Shown here piece after piece: positions 55,922 to 64,000 of a stretch of DNA of 64,000 nt (positions within the stretch are counted from its first letter, which is position 1; the number at the start of each line of letters is the position of its first letter). Made by a program: the position numbers and the translations under genes. The notes beneath the pieces are model-generated. The model was not told the DNA's origin. It ran no database searches and worked only from the letters and a program-made list of their open reading frames with translations. This DNA is from Octopus vulgaris. Taxonomy: Eukaryota. The stretch covers positions 46,562,001 through 46,626,000 of the forward strand of contig OX597818.1 of the NCBI GenBank assembly GCA_951406725.2, written 5' to 3'.

Positions 55922-56376
55922 TTTGAATGGAGGCAATACCAGCGGAATACTATAGGAACATGATCCAATAGAACATTCAATATATATGTGTGCTTTCTTG
56001 GACATTAATAAATCGATATAAAGTTCCAGATAATACAGTATTAAAAACATACAAGTATATAAACATATAAATATTTAATATTTAAAAATACGCAAATATT
56101 TTAAAATATTTTTAAATATTTAAAAATACATAGGCATTTTAAAAATATATAAATACATAAATAGATACATAAAGAGATATAAACAAAAATAGATATAAAA
56201 AACGTCGATTTGATATAAGATAAAAACTCGTAGGTATTTAAAAATGCTCATATATATAAATACGCAGGCAAAATAGTTGGAACTTAGCTCAATTTGAGTA
56301 TTTTGATTCTAGCCTGTTTCTGAGCATTGTTATAGTTAACAATCTCTACATAAAATTGTATAATCTATATATATAT

Positions 56377-57023
56377 CACCTTGATCACCTTGACCGACCA
56401 GTCCGTCGGGCGTCCATTTGACAACGCTGGTCACAGCACGCTGTCCTTTCCTCTCTGCATTGCGCCTTTCTCATCCACATGATCCCAATCGTCATCCTTA
56501 AATCGTAACTCCACCGTCGTGGAGGCCTTCCGGGTGGTCGTTTCCGCTCGCGCGGGTACCACTCGACAACTGCGCGGGTCCACCGATTATCGGTGAGCCG
56601 GGCGACGTGTCCAGCCCATCTAAACTTGCTACGTGTATACTCTGCGATGACATCCCTCACGCCGGGCTTCTTTCTGATGATCTCGCTACTGATGTGCTCT
56701 CTCAACGAGATACCAAGCATTGACCTTTCCATGGCTCTTTGAGCCGTTACCAGTCTCTGCTCTTCTCTCTTTGTGGTAGCCCATGTTTCACTACCATGGC
56801 AGAGGCGAGGCGGCTCTACATTAGAAACAGCCTATTCCGGAAGAGGGAGAGGAAGAGGTGGACCTGGATATCGCCGAACTCTAAGCACCGAAGCGAGATC
56901 GACTACATCCTGGTTGATAAGCGACGCATATTACATGACGTCTCCGTCGTGATGCCATTCAACACCGGCAGCGATCATCGTCTGGTGAGGGCGAGGGTCG
57001 TCATCGACGGGAAGAGGGAGAAG
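56377..57023 (-). mobile_element. 5'-inverted RTE-type LINE insertion with 17-bp TSD
   Basis: Minus-strand C-terminus (GSETW...KFRWAGHVAR...GRPPRRW) is joined to a plus-strand APE fragment (WTWISP...EIDYIL...GSDHRLV). (TCAAGGTGA)2 tail. TSD ataatctatatatatat at 56360-56376 and 57024-57040. Confidence 0.9.
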
Positions 57024-57840
57024 ATAATCTATATATATATATAACTAAATTCATTCATGTCTGTCTTAGAAGATTTTATCTAAGGTGCAGTGCAAAGGGT
57101 CTGAATCCGAAACCACGTAGTTTCAAAGCAAGTGTCTTAACCACACAGCCATACCTACGCTTATTAGATATTTTTCTTCCGACTATTCTGATCATGACGT
57201 ATATACAAATCTCTCTATTTTACTATTTTATTTAAGCGTTAGAATATACTACAGGATACGATTCCTAAAGCACCTACATCCTGAAAAAACAAATTTTGAG
57301 AATTTTCGTTATCGTTTATTACTTCTTCTTTTTGAGCCTTTACCGCAAAGAAAAAAAAAACACCTGCCATAATTTTTATTATTAAGTTATGTAGACAGCA
57401 TATGGTAGCATAGTTGTAAATATTTTACTATGATATTTTTGACATATGTTAAATGTTTACATTGTAATCTTATATAAAATATTCTTATCAGATAAATTTT
57501 TCTAGATACCAAGTGACCCCTTCTTATCAACTTCAAAATATACTTTACAGCGGAGTCGATTTGCGATATACATGTTTACCTTTTTAGTTCTGGAGTAGAT
57601 TTTAATGGCTCTTCCCTTCATCCACTACGTTTTGGTACAAAAGTTAATAAACCTCAGTTAATAAACTGAAAACACAGACACCGTTCAGTCCTCATTTGTC
57701 TATATATTGTAGTTCGAAGAAAGCTTCGTATAAGTTCCTTAAACATCATCTCTTTCCTTTCAGCATCAGAATAACAAGGAAGATGTTTCACAATCGAATC
57801 TCGGTTGTAAGATGAAATCTAGAATAAAGAAAACAAAAAA

Positions 57841-58240
57841 GTAGGAGTGGTTGTGTGGTAAGTAGCTTGCTTACGAACCACATGGTTCTGGGTTCAGTCT
57901 CACTGCGTGATACCTTGGGCAGGTGTCTTCTACTATAGCCTCGGGTCGACCAAAGCCTTGTAAGTGGATTTGGTAGACGGAAACTGAAAGAAGCCCGTCG
58001 TATATATGTATGTGTGTGTGTATGTGTGTGTGTTTGTGTGTCTATGTTTGTTCCCCCAACATCGCTTGATAACCGATGCTGGTGTGTTTAAGTACCCGTA
58101 ACTGAGCGCTTCGGCAAAAGAAACCGATAGAATACGTACTAGGCTTACAAAGAATAAGTCTTGGGGTCGATTTGCTCGACAAAAGGCGGTGCTCCAGCAT
58201 GGCCACAGTCATATGACTGAAACAAGTAAAAGAGTAAAAA
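57841..58240 (+). mobile_element. SINE family B
   Basis: Near-consensus full copy. Confidence 0.88.
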
Positions 58241-58631
58241 GAGAGTATATGCATTCGGAACCTCGGCATAACAAAAGTGTTTGATATACGCATATGGAGT
58301 CTGAAGATAAAATGTTTGAGATAAACGCATACGGAGGCTCAATATAACAAAGATGTGATACATGCATACGGAAGCTCAAGATAAAACCGTTTTAAAACTT
58401 ATTTTGTAAACTGCTAGTGTAACAACGACATTGTTAGAAGGTTTAAAATATAAAAGTAAAGACATTAAAAGCATAAATAAAAAGAGATATAGGTTCTTTA
58501 TTGCTATTTTCTATTACGCTCGTTTTGTATGTCTGCACCAAAAACACTATTTCAAAACATTAAACAGACACATATGGCTCATACATCTTGCTTATCAAAC
58601 GAACGAGGTATCCGTTTATTTACCTACCTAC

Positions 58632-58668
<37 letters not shown>

Positions 58669-59199
58669 CGTATGTATATATAAATTATATAGAGAGAGCG
58701 CGGGATATATATATATATATATATAACGTATGTATGTATATATAAATTATATATAGATGAGCGGGAGATATATATATATATGTACCTATATACATATACG
58801 CACATATATATAGATATATCTGTATACATATAAATGCAACATATATGCATACATATCCATATGTGCGTGTGTGTGTGTGCATGTATGTATGTATGTATGT
58901 ATGTATGTATGTATGTATGTATGCATGCATGTATGTATGTACGCATGTATGTATGTATATGTATGTATGTATGTCTTAATTTAAGTATACATATGTTTAA
59001 TATACAGCACCAAGCACTTATCTCACGCGTCCCGAATAGAACTTTCTATGAAAATTAGCTTAGGCAAACAAATAGAATTATTTGGCCTTGTTATTTGATC
59101 CTTCGTCTTCTAGAATCAAAGCGAACATGGAATTGGGCCAATTAAAACCATACAAATTACGTTATTCTTTTCCTTGGAGTCGAATAATGTTATTTGTTT

Positions 59200-59257
<58 letters not shown>

Positions 59258-60423
59258 TATATATTTTCGTTGTTTTACAATATTGCAGCATACCTTATTT
59301 CTTGTATGTATGATATGAAAAAACATTGTTATCAGCCAAGGCTATTGGAGATTCCATTTAAAGAAACATCAAAATCTACTTCCGTGTTACCGATCCAATT
59401 TCAAATATTTGTATCTAGGAAATAACGTTGGACATTAACGCCAAAAAAAAAAAAAAAAGAAGAAAAAAATTAAGGAAGAAGGAAATAACTCCAACACAAA
59501 AAGATAGACAGAAATACAGAATGTATTAAGTGCCAACTTCTGGAACCTTGCCCTTATTAACAACCGTATATTTATTTCACAGAAGCAGACGTGTTTTGGA
59601 AATATTTTAGGCATTGCTGTTGATACTAGGAATAATGTAATTTACTTTTCTTAATATAAGCACTTGCCTACACATTTACGCATATACACAGGTACGCACG
59701 CACACACACACATACACACACACACACATACATACACGCATTCACACGATCAGCAATATTTATCGCTATGCTCCAAAGTATATAATATTGATACACACGT
59801 CTGTTTATATGTGTACAAACTGAAATGTAAATATTTACATAATTTTTATTCGTTGCCTGCCCATCCTCCTCTCAATCTCTCTCTACCTCCCCCCTCTACT
59901 CTCTCATCAAATTATACTAGGGTGAATTTTCGAGAAACTATGTTAAATGTGAACGAAAATAGCATTAAATATGAAAAACAGTGTGGTGGTTCAGACATCT
60001 TCAAAACTGAAGTCATTCTAACTCCAGCAGTACTGGACAGAGAAGTGTCTTAGAAGAAAAGAGAGGGACAGTGCACCGTCAGCAAATCGAAAGCCCCGTA
60101 GTAACTTCTTTGACAAGTGCTATGCACTTACCGTGGATTTTTTCTTTGGAACAATACAAAGATAACTTTCTCTTGCCTTCATACGAATGTTCTTTTGGGT
60201 TTTTTTACACTCAGAATTCGCTTAGCTAGTTATAAAAGAAAGAAAGAAAGAGTAAGAAAAAACGACAAAGAGGGAGAGGAAAGAATCGACCTTGGTACTT
60301 GATTGGTACTTTATTTATCGAGCCATAAAGAAGGACAAGGAAGATTTCATCGGTTGGGTTGAAACTCGACTAATTTGTCAACTCAATGTTAAAAGAAATA
60401 ATGATTCCTAATTCAAACAAAAG

Positions 60424-60720
60424 TGCAGGCACATGGCCTAGTGGTTAGAGCAGCGGACTCGCGGTCGAGGGATCGCGGGTTCGAATCTCAGACCGGGTGA
60501 TGTGTGTGTTTATGAGCGAAACACCTAAGCTCCACGCGGCCCCGGCAGAAGCTAATGGCGAACTTCTGCTGACTCTTTCGCCACAACTTTCTCTCACTCT
60601 TTCCTCCTGTAGCTCACCTGCGATGGACCGGCGTCCCGTCCAGGTGGGGAACCTACACGCCAAGGAAACCGGGAAACCGGCCCTAATGAGCCAGGCGTGC
60701 TCGAGAAGGAACAAACAACA
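60424..60720 (+). mobile_element. tRNA-derived SINE family D
   Basis: ggcacatggcctagtggttagagc...ggttcgaatctc. Matches 30399-30698. Confidence 0.88.
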
Positions 60721-60899
60721 ATTCAAGCAAAAGGCTATCAGTCGTAAGGAAGAGGCTAATCGATTACAGCGACCCCAGTACTATGCTGGTATTTTATTTT
60801 GCCGGCCTCGGAGGAAAAAAAGATAACGTTGTCCTCGCTGTGATTTGAACTCAAAGCATTCTATCCAGTTTTCTAATAACTTTTCCATTTCAGGAATTG

Positions 60900-61260
60900 T
60901 GCCTAGAGTGGCTGTGTGGTAAAAAGCTTGCTTCCCAACCACATGGTTCCGGGTTCAGTCCCACAGCGTGGCACCTTGGGCAAGTGTCTTCTACTATAGT
61001 CTCGAGCCGACCAAAACCTTGTGAGATGGAAACTAAAAGAAGCCCGTCATATATGTGCGTGTGTGTGTATTTGTTTGTCCCCACCATCGCTAGACAACTA
61101 GTGTTGGTGTGTTTACGTCCCTGTAACTTAGCAGTTCGGTACAGAGCTGATAGAATAAGTAAGTATTAAGCTTACAAAGAATAAGTCCTCGGGGCGACTA
61201 AAGACGGTGCTCCAGCGTGACCGCAGTCAAATAACTGAAACAAGTAAAAGAATAAAAGAA
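60900..61260 (+). mobile_element. SINE family B
   Basis: Full copy. Confidence 0.85.
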
Positions 61261-61415
61261 TAGTAGAAAGAATTTTAACGACCCAGGAAGGATAAGAAGT
61301 AAGAGTGAGCCTCGACCAATTTTGAACTCAGAACATAGAGTCGGAAAAGCTGCAGCTAAACATTTTGACCGACGCGGTAACGATTCTGCCAGCTCACTGC
61401 CTTAGTCACCTGATA

Positions 61416-62042
61416 TTGGTTTCAAGTTCTGGCACAAGGCCAGTAATTTAGGGGAGGGCAAAAGTCGATTGCATCGACCACAGTGCTAAACTGGTACTTA
61501 TTTTATCGATCCCGAAAGGCAAAGTCGACCTCGGTGAAACTTGAACTCAGAACTAAGACGAACAAAATGCCTATTTCTTTACTACCCACAAGGGGCTAAA
61601 CACAGAGAGGACAAACAAGGACAGACAAACGGAGTAAGTCGATTATATCGACCCCAGTGCGTAACTGGTACTTATTTAATCGACCCCGAAAGGATGAAAG
61701 GCAAAGTCGACCTCGGCGGAATTTGAACTCAGCATGTAGCGGCAGACGAAATACTGCTAAGTATTTCGCGCGGCGTGCTAACGATCTGCCAGCTCGCCGC
61801 CTTTTTACCTATTTCTTTACTACCCACAAGGGGCTAAACACAGAGAGGACAAACAAGGACAGACAAACGGAGTAAGTCGATTATATCGACCCCAGTGCGT
61901 AACTGGTACTTATTTAATCGACCCCGAAAGGATGAAAGGCAAGGTCGACCTCGTTGGAATTTGAACTCAGAACGTAGCGGCAGATGAAATACTGCTAAGT
62001 ATTTCGCCCGGTGTGCTAACGATTCTGCCAGCTCGCTGCCTT
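61416..62042 (-). mobile_element. SINE family A trimer
   Basis: Three units with junctions near 61570 and 61808. Confidence 0.85.
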
Positions 62043-62783
62043 GTATTAAAAGAAATAATGATGCATTTCATTCTATCGAGGAAGATTCTATGTGGTCGTT
62101 CCTAAGTTCCTTCAAATACAACCTACCGTTATAAACAAGGGCAAGATACATTGAACGTAGTTTTGATATACAAAAAGAGGGGACAGGCACAACGAGAATG
62201 ATATTGATCATATGTATATTCAACTCAAACATGGCTGACATGGGGTTAAGCGACCGCAACAACAATAACAATACCAACAATAACTAACTCTAGCACTCTA
62301 TGAGTGAAAGACGTACGAGCTACAGACTGTGTACAGACCAGGAACTATTTATACTGTTTATTATCTTCTGTAACAGTAGATATCAATATGTTCACACACG
62401 ATAAAATTAATGGAGAATTATCTCTTACCTTTCTTTTAATCTGGGAAAGATCACACTCTAATATCTGAAGGTAAATCTCATTATGGAATGGTGAGAAAAG
62501 TAAAGAACAAAGTGATCATATTATCGCGAGGTTTCGGAAACCTACACCGTGATACGGAATAAACCTTATGCTAGAAAGATATATCTGCATGTTAGTGAAA
62601 GAAGGTCAAGGTTGGCAAAGGAATTACAGTATAAAGACATTAGATAACACGTAGCCAGAGATATATGAGAACCTGCGTAGTCCCTGTCAAAAATGACGGG
62701 GTTTATTTCTGCCTCCTTTCAATAATTCTTATATACTTCATTATTTCGTCTCTATCTTTCTCTCCCTTTCTTTCTCTTCCACT

Positions 62784-62855
<72 letters not shown>

Positions 62856-62870
62856 ATTATTATTATTATT

Positions 62871-63171
62871 ATCACCGTGATCACCGTGACTGACCAGGCC
62901 ATCAGATGTTGTTACACATCGCTGGTTACAATGCGCTTCGCATTGTTATAGCCTTCAAATGACGCCACCCCGCTGGCTAAGCGAGCAGGCCAACAGAAGA
63001 AAGAGTGAGAGAAAGAGTACAGCAGGGATCGCCACCACCCCCTGCCGGAGCCTCGTGGAGCTTTAGGTGTTTTCGCTCAATAAACACTCACAACGCCCGG
63101 TCTGGGAATCGAAACCGCGATCCTACGACCGCGAGTCCGCTGCCCTAACCACTAGGCCATTGCGCCTCCAC
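62871..63171 (-). mobile_element. tRNA-derived SINE with an RTE-derived 3' tail
   Basis: Family D-like head. Tail ends (TCACGGTGA)2 and resembles the RTE 3' end at 56377-56465. 5'-truncated relative at 51211-51332. Confidence 0.8.
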
Positions 63172-63296
63172 ATTATTATTATACACACACACACACACAC
63201 ACATATACATACATGTACATCCTCTCTTTTTATCGCAATAAAATTCTGATTCTTTCTCTTCTTTTCTCACTTCGATATCATACACAAATTTTGATC

Positions 63297-63320
63297 TCCT
63301 CTCTTTCTCTCTCTCTCTCA

Positions 63321-63405
<85 letters not shown>
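63297..63405. repeat. (CT)n microsatellite
   Basis: Direct reading. Confidence 0.95.
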
Positions 63406-63410
<5 letters not shown>

Positions 63411-64000
63411 GTTTGTCATTCGCTCACTCTCTATACCTTTGTTCTTTCATCACATTACTTCTTATTATAGATCTTTATCTTTCTTCTTCCTATGTCTCTC
63501 TAAGTAACGCTCTCTCTTCCTCTCTCACACTTTTTGCCGTCACTCTCTGTATTTAATCACCTGCTTATGGTTGCCTATCATCTCACAAGCTTCTAAACTC
63601 CCAACTATTAAATTCCAACCAATCTCTTTATCTATCAAGCCTTTCTATCATTGTAACTTCTTTCTCCCTAGTTCACCTCTCTCACAACAGCGACTGCTTT
63701 CTCCTTTCAACCGACAAAAACCTTGATACGTGACTTAAAGTTTTATAAATCAAGATTAATTCTGTCATTAAACTGAGTCATTAATCAAATTTAGAAATAT
63801 AATTGCAAAGATTTACAGCTATTATTATAATACATAAAAACTTCAAGCAAATGAAATAATTTATTACAAATATGGTAGAATTAACACCAATTTGCTAATT
63901 GTTATAAAGATGGCGAGCCGGCAGAACCCTTAACACGTCGGACAAATTACTTAGCGGCATTTCTGCTGGCGTTTTACAGTCTACATTCAAACCAACTTTG

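Noticed and set aside
60424-60500. tRNA-like sequences (also 44603, 44868, 9445, 30630-30698, 63100-63171)
   Set aside because: A and B boxes are present but there is no complete cloverleaf, and each runs into a SINE body. They are SINE heads, not tRNA genes.
62068-62280. Possible ancient R4 remnant (INIILVVPVPSF)
   Set aside because: Too short and degenerate to support.

Overview
AT-rich animal DNA made almost entirely of repeats. It is probably a coleoid cephalopod such as Octopus, inferred from the tRNA-SINE families and the extreme microsatellite load. No host gene can be supported with confidence, and most listed ORFs are translations of microsatellites. The main feature is a near full-length but disrupted R4/Dong-clade retrotransposon (14350-18395; RT, CCHC knuckle, restriction-like endonuclease). 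It sits in an (AAT)n tract inside a head-to-tail pile-up of other (AAT)n-associated insertions. The window also holds four Tc1/mariner derivatives, two non-autonomous Helitrons, RTE and CR1 fragments, a Gypsy gag/PBS remnant, a probable solo LTR and dozens of tRNA-derived SINEs. The most interesting observations are: a tRNA-headed element carrying a Penelope-type minimal hammerhead ribozyme motif (plus two more degenerate hammerhead loci), a 5'-inverted RTE with TSD, two SINE-LINE shared-tail pairs, a fold-back mariner, two long hairpins and repeated use of the same insertion sites. Coordinates were read by eye and may be off by a few bases.
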